From contig OX337232.1 in assembly GCA_946965045.2 (NCBI GenBank), forward strand, positions 558,001 through 622,000: a stretch of DNA of 64,000 bases, given 5' to 3'. Origin of the DNA: Epithemia pelagica. Its lineage: Eukaryota; Protista; Bacillariophyta. A program made the translations under genes and the position numbers. The notes below the pieces were generated by a model that saw only the letters and a list, made by a program, of their open reading frames with translations, was not told the DNA's origin and did not search any database. This document shows positions 31,129 to 42,823 of this stretch, piece by piece (the stretch's first letter is position 1; every line of letters starts with the position of its first letter).

Positions 31129-33722
31129 TTACTCATAATAATCACTCTCATCGTAGTAGTTGCCGTGGTTGGATTGCAAAGAATCGTCGTAGAATTGCCC
31201 AGAATTGTCGTCATTTTGTATATCCCCTGTAGATGATGACGGATATGGAGACGACGGAGCACTGGACCGATGGGTGGGTTGACTACTACTAGTAGATGGC
31301 ATGGTATCTTTCGGAATGTCTTTGTACCCCATCTGCCGTAGCGCCTCTCGTAAGTTGGGACGATTGACCCAGACACGCTGTCGAAGGATCCATTCGCGAT
31401 ACGAAAGCGGAACTTCTTGCCATTTTAGTCCGGTGTGTTTTCCAAAGTCAAAAACATAGTCCGCGGCCAAAGACCTGTCGGATGGACGCGACGGGACGGT
31501 CCTATGGTGTTGTTGTTGGGAATGCGACTGTGACCGCATCCGGCTCTGAGACTGTTGTTTATCGTAATACTGAGCCATGTTTGGTCGCAGTGGTAGACTG
31601 AGGGATACTGGATGTGGTCTCGTTTCGGGCGGATGCTCATTCACGAAACCACGGTCCAACAGGGCTCGCCAGAGTGCTGGTCGTCCTTTCCATATGTTGG
31701 GGTTTTTGACCACGAATTGAATATAGTCAACGGGCACATCTTCCAAAGGTAACCCACGGTGCTTACCAAAATCAAACACATAGTGTTCTGGCCTCCGATG
31801 CGGTTGTTCGTCCTTTGGAGATTGCAATGGTTGAAAGATATGTTGAATTTGCGCCTGTTTGGACACGAGTGTTTTGGCCAGCCATTCGTCAAGGGTATTC
31901 GGAAAGACGTAATATTGAACTTGAACGCAATGAGGTTGTCCCACACGATGACATCGGTCTTCGGCTTGAACCATGACACCGGGAGACCAATCCAATTCCA
32001 AAAACACGACCCGTGAGGCGGCCGTCAAGGTGAGGCCCACTCCGGCGGCTCGGATGCCTCCCACAAAGACAGATACATGGGGGTCGTTTTGAAAACGTTG
32101 CACGGACTCCATCCGATCCTCCAAAGACATGCCACCCCGAACACAGACGGCTCGCTCTGGCCCAAAATATTTCATCAATCCCTCTATCAAATGAATGTGA
32201 TGACAAAAGACGACCACTTTGGGGGACGGATTTTGTTCCTTGTTATTACCATCAGCAGACTCGCGGGCCTCGGTCAAGGTATGTTCCAACAGCTCCACAG
32301 CTGGTTCCAGTTTTTGAAGCGCTGTTTCTCGTCGGACGCGAGCCAAGATACCCATCAAGCCTTGATCGGAAACTTCCCTGTGGTCACTTTCGTCGTCGCT
32401 CACAGTATAGTTTTGCAAGCATGACGCGGATACTCCAAGGTGGGATTCCAAATAGCTGAGTAAGTGGTGATCGGCCAAGGAACCAAACTCTTGCAAGTTG
32501 GTAGGATTTCTTTCTTCTTCTTCTTCTTCTTCTTCTTTTTCGTCTTGCAAATCAAAGTCCTCCTCCAATGCCCCGTCGGCCGTTGCTTTTGGTACGGCGA
32601 AAGGGGTTTCGTGTTCCAATCCCAAGAGGGCACGGATTCGTTGTCGTTCGCCATGGCCCGTTGTGGACAAGGATGATGTTGTTGTTGTTGTTGTTGTTGT
32701 GGATGTTGGCAGTAACAAGACACACGATCGTACCTTGGGTGGCAATTGTCTTAAGACATTCTCCTTGTGCCGTCGCAACATGATTGGTTGCATACGATCT
32801 CGTAATTCGGACAAGTTGGACGATCCCGAGGTATCCATGCGTACAAATGGTTTACCCTGACTGGATCGACCCATGACTTGTTTGGGATCGCAATAGCGTT
32901 CCGTAAATGCGGTAAAGGATTCGGAAAATTCAAACACTTGTTTGGTCCTGCGGTTGTTGGATGGATGGGACGAGGCATGGGAGGGCCATGGCGAGGAGGA
33001 GGATAACAATGGCTGGGATACCGGGTCGGACGTTGTTGGTTGGGTGGCAGTCTCCCTCGCAATGGCAGACAATAGGGGATAGAGTTCCTCGGGTCGATTC
33101 ATCATGGGTGTCCCGGTCAAAAGCCAAAGGTATCGAGAGGCAATGCCGGGATATTGGGAACTGTCATTGCCGAGAATAGCCTTGGTCCGTTGGGATGTTC
33201 GTGATTTTAGGTAATGTGCTTCATCGCAAATCAGGACATCATAGCACGTCGCTTTCGACGCTCCTGTGATTGGAACTTGTTCGTCGAAATCATCATGATC
33301 AATTTCGACGTCCTTGTCTTGCTCGTTTGTACTCCTCTTGTTGGTTTTCGTTTTCTTCTTGTTCTTCTTTTTTGTCACGGCATGGACATGTCCATTGGGT
33401 GTTTGAATGCGTGTTTTATATTTGTGACACAAGTCGTAATTGATCAATGTAATGGACACGGAGGTTGACCCCGCACTTGAGCTCGTGTGCTCTTGGTCTT
33501 GTTGTTGTTGTTGTTGTGTTTTCGAGGACGTGAGTGTCTGCAGCGTATACGGTACCGTCATCCATTGACTCAATTCACTTTGCCATACTCCCAAGACAGA
33601 TTTGGGACACACAATCAAGACATGCCAAACACGGCCGTCCTCCTCCTGTTCGAGTACCAGTTCATTCAAGGCTTGAATGGATTGCACCGTCTTGCCCAAG
33701 CCCATCTAAGAATGCCGACAAG

Positions 33723-33753
<31 letters not shown>

Positions 33754-34728
33754 GAAGAAGCAGAATCCCATGCCAGCAGAAACGAACCAGGACCGACTAT
33801 GTGTGAGCAAGGGTGACGAGCGCCCACTTTGTGTGTGTGTTTGTGAGTGGTTTATTGGTTCACTCTAGGTACGTACTTCATCCGCCAACAAGACCCGTTC
33901 TTGTCGTTTCAAAAATTCCACTCCTTCTTGTTGAAAGGGGAACAGATGATGATTCTTCTGGTTGTTGTGATTTGTGGTGGTCGTGTCGGTAGTCGTTGGA
34001 GTGTTTGGATCCGGTTCCCAAAAAGACGACGACGACGACGACCTTGTCAACCATTGAGTTGTTGGTTCCTCCTCCCGTGGAAACACGGCAAACCCTCCAC
34101 TCCCGGTAGTAATGGTCCGTCGAGAAGAAACAAAGGGAGGATTCCGGCGCGAAATCGTCGTACGAGGCGTTCCCAAGGCTGCCGCCGCCGCAACACCCTC
34201 CAATACTCCAAATGATTGTTGTTGTGGTTGTGGATATCGTCGTCGCCCTCGCTGTCGCAGTGTCCACGACGACCATGTGGGAATGTCCCGGTGGCCATGG
34301 TACTCCTGGCCCACAACAAGACCAACGGCCTGCGATTGACCCACGGCCGTCGCCGAAACCACACTCGTCGCACTCCACAGCCAATAGTAGCAGTACAGGT
34401 GTTTCCACCAACAAGAAGAAGAAGAAGAATACCACAACCCACAGGGAATCCAACAAGAAGAAGAAGAAGAAGAAGAAGCACAAGTAGTGATTGTTGTGGA
34501 GGGACACACACCAGAGAATGGTACTTGTCGTCGTCGTTGTGGCGGTTGCTTCGCTGTGGTGAATCGTCTCCGCCGCACCGAGCCATGGCCGTGGAAGGAA
34601 GAAGAAGAACCCACACGTGTAGGTCTTATTGCTCGTATCGTCCAAGCTCCGCCTGTGACAACACTCATAGTAGAATGTTTAATTGTTCCTCTCGAGGAAG
34701 ATATGAAAGATGACACCACACACCACAT
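31129..34728 (-). CDS. SNF2-family helicase, SMARCAL1/ZRANB3-like; exons 34728-33877 and 33705-31129
   Basis: The splice joins VLLADE|MGLGKT (motif I); VCPKSV, DEAHYLK, LLTGTP, QAEDRCHRVG. Two C-terminal YVFDFGKH modules. The start codon is uncertain. Confidence 0.9.
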
Positions 34729-35549
34729 CTGGGACGAATGAAAACCGCATCGTTCTTTCGCGTCGGAAGTTGGGGAAATCAGCCCATACTTACAATAGTC
34801 CGTAGCTACCCGTAGAAATCATGCGACCCGGAAGTATGTGCTTAGAATCCATCAGTATATCTTCTTCTCTAATAGAAAGCCAGCAACATAATATCTGTCC
34901 TTTGTGTTTGTTTCCAATGACAGAGAACCTGGCTTATCTTACAACTACTAGCTCTACTCTAGAGAATTCTATAGCCACTCCCCATCGCTATCATTCATTA
35001 TGTTTGCCGTCTTTTCTTCTTCCGCATTTTCCCTATCGTCTGGAATTACCTCAGTTACAATGTTACATATAGTCGAATGGAATATCTACGTTTTACAACC
35101 GCTACTAGATAATCATAAATACCGGGTAATAATCCTTGTTTTCCAGGATTTCAGTGGAAACCCAACTCTTGACGACGTGTGTGCCATGGTTCTGCGAAAG
35201 GGTGTGCCAAATGACGACATGGTGCGCTCAAAGAGCCATTCCGGTTGTTGTTGTTGTGGCGTTTGGAATTCCATTGGCTCCATGGAGCACTGTATAATAC
35301 ATTGTGTGTATGAGGAGGATTGTGGGACCTTTGCCGTACGAGAGTGGTTTGTCGAAACAACCACTGGAGACTGCTGGACCGCCACGTTTGTGCGACAGCA
35401 AGAGGTATAGAATATAATGATGTGGTGCATGTATACGTTTGCCAACTACAACAAAACGAAGAAAAGCAACCTCTCCGTCCAAGCCAAAACCACCTCGATT
35501 ATTCCTGGAGGGATGATTCCTCCTGGTCCTGGTCCTGGCTACGGACTCT

Positions 35550-36720
35550 CTGTATCCCTTGCTTCTCCCCGAGAGAATGACCTCCCACCCAACCGCCGCC
35601 GAAACGACCAAGGGCACCAAACGAGCGACCCAGTCGACGAAGCAACGACCACAGGTGCGACTCTCGGTATATATGGATCGTCGATTGTTGTCGTCGTCGT
35701 CGTCAAGTTTTGGCCGAACGATTCTTGTCGTCGTCGTCGTTGTTGTTTCTGCTGTTACACAGTTACACACGGTGTGTGGTTGTGGGTCGGCTCTCGGAGA
35801 GAAGGCGTGAAATGGATGGGATGCTGCACAGGATACAAGCAACACTCTGTCATTCTTGGTGTCGAACCAATCCCTCAAACCGTGGAATGGGTTTGTGTTT
35901 CGTCGTCGTGTGGCTCTCTAATGGACGGAATCCCTCTATACCCGTTTTGGGATCCTGAACCGTAGGACGACGAGGGATGGAACCACTTGGCACTTTTTTT
36001 CATCCAAGGGTTTTCACATTCCAAGGACGACGACAAGTTGTTGCCATTGTAAAGTCGATGGAGAGTCGGGTGCCGTCCCTAGGACAGCTTCGCCGCCCGG
36101 CTCCATTGACTTGGCAATGGCAAAGTGGGCACAAAATCCGCACTGCGAAAAGCTCGGGAAACTGCGGCAAAGGGCCAAGCCGATTGTTTCGATTCATTGA
36201 TGCATCACTTGTGCATTTCATTCTACAATCGATCGAGAATGATATGCTCCAGTGCATTAACGAGTCAAAAGTGGAGAGCCATGGTCGATTGTTCTCAGCT
36301 CTGTGGTTCCTCCCTCGTTTCAGTCCTGCCAGGTTCGACAAGAAGAAGAAGGGACGGAATCCGTTTCCGCCTTTCACCGGTTTCATCCAAAAGAGCATGA
36401 CGCAAGATAGATAGAACCATGTGGCAGTTCCCTTTCTCCATGACATGCCGTACCATCACCAAGGAGTAGTAGCAATTCGAGAAGGAGAAACGAGCGACAC
36501 AGCCGCCGCCGGCGCAGCAACGACCACAGATGCTATACTCTCGAGGTATATGGATCGTCGACTGTCGTCGTTATCGTCTCGTTTGGGTGGCGGCACGATT
36601 CCTGGTGTCGTCATTGTCGTTGTATCTGCTGCCAGACCCACCCATGGGACTGGAACGAGAGTGGCGACTCTAGCAGCAGCAGCAGCAGCCAAATGGATCC
36701 ATCCATCCCGTGTGGCCCAT
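35550..36720 (-). pseudogene. Family-B degenerate paralog (35990-36720) plus a partial second B 5' segment (35550-35990)
   Basis: GC donor; acceptor then NEMHK*CINESKQSAWPF with an in-frame TGA and a later frameshift. Confidence 0.6.
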
Positions 36721-37113
36721 CTACTGTCCTCAACAAGATGGAACTGTTCTTTCCACAATCTATTCAAATCCATTTGACCACTCATTGAGACAGGGTAAAA
36801 GACATGCTATATTGGAGGGGTTTACATTCGACAATGTCAAGAGGCTCAAACAAGCTCGAAAGCATTGCGAATCGCATCTTCTTTTCAAAAACTGGGTGTA
36901 CAGCGACTCAGTCCAACTCAGTTGAATACAATCATTCCAACTATCATCAAATGGATCAGGGTCTCCTCGGTTGTCCAAAAGCCGATACAGCGTAGTCGCC
37001 GGCGTGACCAACCATGTTATACATGGGAATGTGAACGTCCGCTGTTTCCAATCCACTCGATGCCACATGAGGGAATCCCGGTGGAATCTCCAGTTCCCCT
37101 CTGCCACTAGTTC

Positions 37114-37656
37114 TTAGCGGCGACCAATGAAAGTGGATAGCACAATGGCGACCCCCACAATTGCAGAGGACCACATGAGCGCATTCCCGAGAGCCTCGGC
37201 AGCGGAACGCATTTGATTCCCGAGAGCCTCGGCAGCGGAACGCATTTCTTTTCCGACTTGATTATGAGCTTTCGCAAATGCAAAATGGGAGCCAGCAATT
37301 GAGCTGGCGTGAGCGCCAAACGGCCCAGCCGATTGTTTCGATTCTTCAATCAATTTCTGCATTTCTGTCTGTATCGATTGCAGCAAGAAAAAAGCCGGTT
37401 CAGAGAGATTGGAAAAGATAACTCCGTTCCCTTTGATTGTCAACTGTTCTCAGCAGTGGTTCCCTCTTCCCAATTCCTGTTCGATAGGAAGAATGGACTG
37501 AATCCGTTTCCACTCTCCAACCACTCCATCCGCAAGATCATGACGAAGGATATCACCATTTGGCAGTTTTCTTCATCATTGACATACCTCTACTAGATCC
37601 GTCAAGTCCAATGACGACTCGTTCGGAGTGGTATTGGTTTCGTTGGAAGAGCTCAT
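37114..37656 (-). CDS. Small tail-anchored protein, family A copy 3 (exons 37656-37588, 37368-37114)
   Basis: Exon 1 MSSSNETNTTPNESSLDLTDLVE (69 nt), GTATGT donor, atacAG acceptor, 2 x 33-nt repeat (QMRSAAEALGN) at 37183-37248, TM helix and FIGRR*. Confidence 0.78.
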
Positions 37657-38908
37657 AGCGTTGGCTGCTGTTTGGAATTTTTGTGATAACAAAAAAATGA
37701 AGGTCTCTGTCCAATATCGGCAGCAATTATTGTGCGCGACTCATTCTCTACTCACTGACCGTGTTGCAACTTGCCACACTACCTCTGTCAGTTCCAAAAA
37801 GAATCTCACCATGGCGCTTTCTCTGTGCCGCAGCAAAAACCGGATGGATAGTAACATGGTTCGATCCCGGTTCGAATTTGGACGTCTCACCCATGAGGTA
37901 TATTGATACCTCCTTAAGGAGATGGATGTGTTCTTGTGGTGGGTGGATGGGATGCATATTACAACGATTTGCCATTCGTCGAACTAATCCAAACCCGTGG
38001 AATGGGACAGGTGTGGTTCGTGTGGTTGGTCTAAACATAGCCCGATGGCGTCCCACTCTGTCGGTTGTAACAAGAACTGGGAAAGGAGCAAATGACGACG
38101 ACTCGGCCAACAGCAGCAACAACAAGGAGCTTGCTATGGTGGTGGGAGGAGACGGACACGATTCTATTGAAGTGCTAGAATGGTCATATTCATTGCTTCA
38201 TCAAACGCATGATGCGAAACGCAAAACCAACAATTCTACCACAGGTCGAGTTCGAAAAATGCCCAATCATGAAAAAGAGTCACCGAAATCTGCGCTGCAG
38301 TTACATTCCATGTCATTGTCGACACCCCGTGAACAGCGCATCAACGCTATTCCACAATTAATTCCCAGCAAGCGTCAAAAGATGGAACCCAATTGAGGGG
38401 ATTCCTTGCGCACCACAGTGGCCTCCTGTCATCGACGAGCACAACAAAACAATTGACCGGAAGCAATCCATCATATGGCCCATCTCAGCATATAGTACAC
38501 AATGGTCAAGAGTTGTTCCAGGAGGACGACACGGAGAGGGTAATGGCATCGATAGAACTGGTTTACCATCCATTTTGATCTCTCCTAGAGAAACATGATG
38601 GAAAATATCCTACGGTGGAGGGCTTATATTCTACAAGGTTCCAAGTAGCTGGAGAAGCATTGCAAATCGCATCTTCTTTTCAAAAACTGGGTGTACATCG
38701 ACTGAGTCGGACTCAGTCGAATACAATTATTCCAAGTATCATCAAATGGATCAGGGTTTCCTCGGTTGTCCAAAAGCCGATACAGTGTAGTTGCCGGCGT
38801 GACCAATTATGTTGTACATGGGAATGGGAACGTCGACTGTTTCCAATCCAGTCGACGACACATGAGGGAATTCTTGGATGAATCTCCAGTTCCCCTCTGT
38901 CATTCAAC

Positions 38909-39537
38909 TTAGCGGCGACCAATGAAACTGGATGCCACAATGGTGACCCCCAAAATTGCAGAGGACAACACGAGCGCGCCGCCGGCAATCCATGAGGACG
39001 ATACCATGGAATTCGAGATTTTGTAGGAGGACGAAACCATGGAATTCGAGATTTTGTAGGAGGACGAAACCATGGAATTCGAGATTTTGTCATGAGCATT
39101 TCCGATGTGATTATGAGCCCTCGCCAGTGCAAAATGGGCACAAGCAAGTGTGTTGGAACCCCTGGCAATGGGGCCATACGGCCATGACGCCTGTTTGGAT
39201 TCCTTGATGCATTGCATCATTTCTTTCTGTGTCGATTGCAGCAAGACAAAAGCCGGGTGAGAGAAATTGGAAAAAGATATTGGAGAGACATGTGAAGCTC
39301 CGTTCCCTGTGATTGTCAACTGTTCTCAGCAGTGGTTCCCTCTTCCCAATTCCTGCGAGGTTCGATAGGAAGAATGGACTGAATCCGTTTCCACCTTCCA
39401 CCCACTCCATCCAGAAGATCATGACGAAGGATATAACCATTTGGCAGTTTTCCTAATCAATGGCATACCTCTACTAGATCCGTCAAGTCCAATGATGACT
39501 CGTTCGGAGTGGTATTGGTTTCGTTGGAAGAGCTCAT
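38909..39537 (-). CDS. Small tail-anchored protein, family A copy 4 (exons 39537-39469, 39226-38909)
   Basis: Exon 1 peptide identical to copy 3, GTATGC donor, acacAG acceptor, 3 x 33-nt repeat (KISNSMVSSSY) at about 38994-39092, TM helix and FIGRR*. Confidence 0.78.
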
Positions 39538-40129
39538 GGCGTTGGCTGCTGTTTGGAATTTGTGATAAAACAAAAAATGAAGGCCTATTATCGGCCGCGC
39601 AACCCGGATATGGAGCAATTGTTGTGTGCGACTCATTTTCTATTCACTGACCACGCTCGCGGGTGTTGCCACCACACCCAGTCAGAAAAAGAATCTCGAC
39701 CATGGCGCTCTTTCTGTGCCGCAGGATGGATTGTAACATGGTTCCATCCCGGTTCGAATTTGGACGTTTCACCAGTGAGGTTTATTGATATATCATGCTA
39801 AAGGAGAAGAAGAAGATGCACAATCTATATTCTTGCTTTCTCACAAAGTGTAGCAAATATTACAACCAACAACCACCACAACTGTTCTCCATGGACTGTG
39901 TGACGGTGGTGCAGGTGATGGTCCTTTGTTTTGGATGAATTATTCTGGAATGTTTTGTGGAAAATCTCCGTACTTTTCCGATTTCCCATTATTTCTTCTA
40001 CACGAACAATCCTACTCCTCCGTGTTGGCACAAAACATATTTATTCTTTTGTCGCTTTTGTCTTGTTCATCCTCCGCTTTCTAGCGCCTTGGTCCAACAA
40101 GTGGTGGGTCACATCCCGCCTTGATTCAT

Positions 40130-41300
40130 TTGACGACCATTACGGCGACCTTCTATACCCTTTGGATCAAGAACCGTATGACGACGAGGGATGGAACCAT
40201 TTGGCAGGTTTTTCATCCAGGGCTTTCACATTCCAAGGACGACAAGTTGTTGCCATCGTGAAAAGTCGATGGAGAGTCGGGTGCCGTCCCTATGACAGCT
40301 TCGCCACCCGACTCCATTGACTTGTCAATGGCAAAGTGGGCACCCGCACTGCGAAAAGCTCGGGAAACTGCGCCAAACAGGCAAGCCGATTGTTTTGATT
40401 CATTGATGCACATGTGCATTTCATTCTACAATCGATCGAGAATGATATGCTCAAGTGCATTGACGAGTCAAAATTGGAAAGCCATTGTCCATTGTTCTGA
40501 GCTGTGTGGTTCCTCCCTCTTTTCAGTTCCTGCCAGGTTCTACAACAAGAATAGACGACCGAATCCGTTGGCACCTTCTACCCCCCGTTTGGGGATCCAA
40601 AACAGTATGATGAAGAGGGATAGAACCATTTGGCAGGAATCTTCAGCAACCTCTAAAGATTTTTAATTCCAATGACAACAAGTTGCCATTGTAAAGTCGA
40701 TCGAGTCGGGTGCCAAAGCTCATTTAGACTCTATAATATGCTGGAGGCAGTTTGGGCCACCGCACAAAACGGCCAACCCGACTGTTTTGATTCTTTGATG
40801 CATTGGTGCATTTCATTCTACAATCGATCGAGAATGATATGCTCCAGTGCATTAACGAGTCAAAAGTGGAGAGCCATGGTCGATTGTTCTCAGCTCTGTG
40901 GTTCCTCCCTCGTTTCAGTCCTGCCAGGTTCGACAAGAAGAAGAAGGGACGGAATCCGTTTCCGCCTTTCACCGGTTTCATCCAAAAGAGCATGACGCAA
41001 GATAGATAGAACCATTTGTGAGTTTCCTTTCTCCATGACATGCCGTACCACCAAGGAGTAGTAGCTACTTGCGAAAGAGAAACGAGCGACACAGCCGCCG
41101 CCGCCGGCGCAGCAACGACCACAGGTGCTATACTCTTGGGGTGTATGGATCGTCGTTGTCGTCTCGTTTTGGTGGCGGCAAGATTCGTTGTGTCGTCATC
41201 ATTGTCGTTGTATCTGCTGCCAGACCCACCCATGGGACTGGAACGAGAGTGGCGACTCTAGCAGCAGCAGCCAAACGGATCCGTCCATCCCGGGTGGCCC
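40130..41300 (-). pseudogene. Two family-B degenerate paralogs in tandem (about 40130-40640 and 40690-41300)
   Basis: Exon-2 remnants NEMHMCINESKQSACLFGAVSRAFRSAGAHFA (no TM tail) and NEMHQCIKESKQSGWPF...SIL*. Confidence 0.6.
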
Positions 41301-41786
41301 ATCTACTCTCTTCAACAAACAAATAGTCCACAATGGTTTTGTGTGACTTGTTCTTAGAGCAGGACGACATGGAAAGGATAGTGACATGGATGGAAGTGCT
41401 CTTTCCACAATCTCATAAAATCCATTTGACCACTCATTGAGACATGGTGTAGAAGACATGCTATATTGGAGGGGTTTACATTCTACAATGCCCAGAGGCT
41501 CAAACAAGCTCGAAAGCATTGCGAATCGCATCGTCTTCTAAAAAACTGGGTGTACAGCGACTGAGTCCGACTCAGACAAATACAATCATTCCAAGTATCA
41601 TCAAACGGATCAGGGTTTCCTCGGTTGTCCAAAAGCCCATACAGTTTAGTTGCCGGCGTGGCTAACCATGTTGTACATGGGAATCCATGTTGTACATGGG
41701 AATGTGAACGTCGACTGTTTCCAATCCAGTCGACGACACATGAGGGAATCCCGGTGGAATCTCCACTTCCCCTCTGCCACTAGTAC

Positions 41787-42423
41787 TTAGCGGCGACCAT
41801 ATGCAACGGAGATGCTGACAGCTACTGATGACAAAAATAGTGCTCCCCCCACAATTGCAGAGGACCACACGAGCGCATTCCCGAGGCTCTTATGAGCCTC
41901 GGCAAAGGAACCCATTTGCTTTCCGACGTGATTGGGCGCATTCCCGAGAACCTTATGAGCCTCGGCAAAGGAACCCATTTGCTTTCCGAAGTGATTGGTT
42001 CCCGACGCCCTTATGAGCCTCGGCAGCGGAACCGATTTGATTTCCGAAGTTATAATGAGCCCTCGCAAATGCAAAATGGGCACAAGCAAGTGCGCCGGCA
42101 GCTCGGGAAAAATCGCGTAATTGTCTGGATTCGTTAATTAACTTGAACATTTCCTTCTGTATCAATCGTAGCAAGACAAAGTCCGGGTCAGAGAAGTTAG
42201 AAAAGATGTTGGGCAGCAAGACGAAGAATCATGGTTTGTGATTGTCAAGTGTTCTCAGCTGGGTCTCCATCTGTTCAATTCCTGCCACGTTCTGTACGCT
42301 TCCACCACACTGTGTAATGGACATATTTCATCCAAAAGAGGAGATGCAACATTGATCCACTTTCTCCAATCAATGCCATACCTCGAGCTCGTCCAAATCG
42401 GACGATGAGGTGTTTGGTGTCAT
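41787..42423 (-). pseudogene. Family A copy 5, frameshifted (exons 42423-42382, 42156-41787)
   Basis: Exon 1 MTPNTSSSDLDELE (42 nt) with intact splice sites; 63-nt repeat units at 41875 and 41938; the third unit is 5 nt short, which shifts the frame before the intact TM and YGRR* tail. Confidence 0.72.
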
Positions 42424-42823
42424 GCTCGTTGTTGTTTCGTTGGAGGATCCCATCTCCCAATGAGGTTTTCCAGCAATCCGATTTTATGGAGTGTCAAGAG
42501 CGAGGTTCCGAAAAACCTGACTTCGTCTCTCGTCGACGTTTCCACGATTGCAAAGAATCCCATGTTTCAGAGTGCTGGTTACTCCCTTAGCGATTCGTCA
42601 CGTGAACCAACTCAACACATATATATGTAGTCCACAAGGGCAGCAATGAAGTGTTCTGAGAGGTTCAAAGCAACACGAGATGAAGAGGTAAACCACGTAT
42701 TGTAGCTAGAGCTGCTTTAACAACAATCGATCGATTCATTAGGATGGTAGATTTCATTTGGGAGGAGGAGGATATTCTACTACAGTGTCCAAAAGTTCCG
42801 CCAGCGGAAGACAATTTTAAAAA

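Noticed and set aside
37561-37585. C/D-box snoRNA in the family intron (ATGATGA near the donor, CTGA downstream)
   Set aside because: The C box is perfect in only one copy, sits a few nt from the 5' splice site, and no terminal stem was seen.
37855-37880. GGTTCGATCCC / GGTTCGAAT resembling a Pol III B-box upstream of family-A copy 3 (tRNA or SINE?)
   Set aside because: No A-box at a proper distance and no cloverleaf; the first motif is mutated (GGTTCCATCCC) in the paralogous region near 39740.
37761-38396. 211-aa plus-strand ORF between family-A copies 3 and 4
   Set aside because: It starts in the repeated upstream region of copy 3, the frame is not kept in the paralogous region at 39540-39800, and it has no motif.
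40724-41233. ORF starting MGGSGS (myristoylation-like) in a family-B copy
   Set aside because: The ATG and frame are not conserved in the B copies at 860-1140 and 29330-29720. The copy at 36.6 kb stops after 24 codons, and splicing at the GC donor gives an immediate stop.
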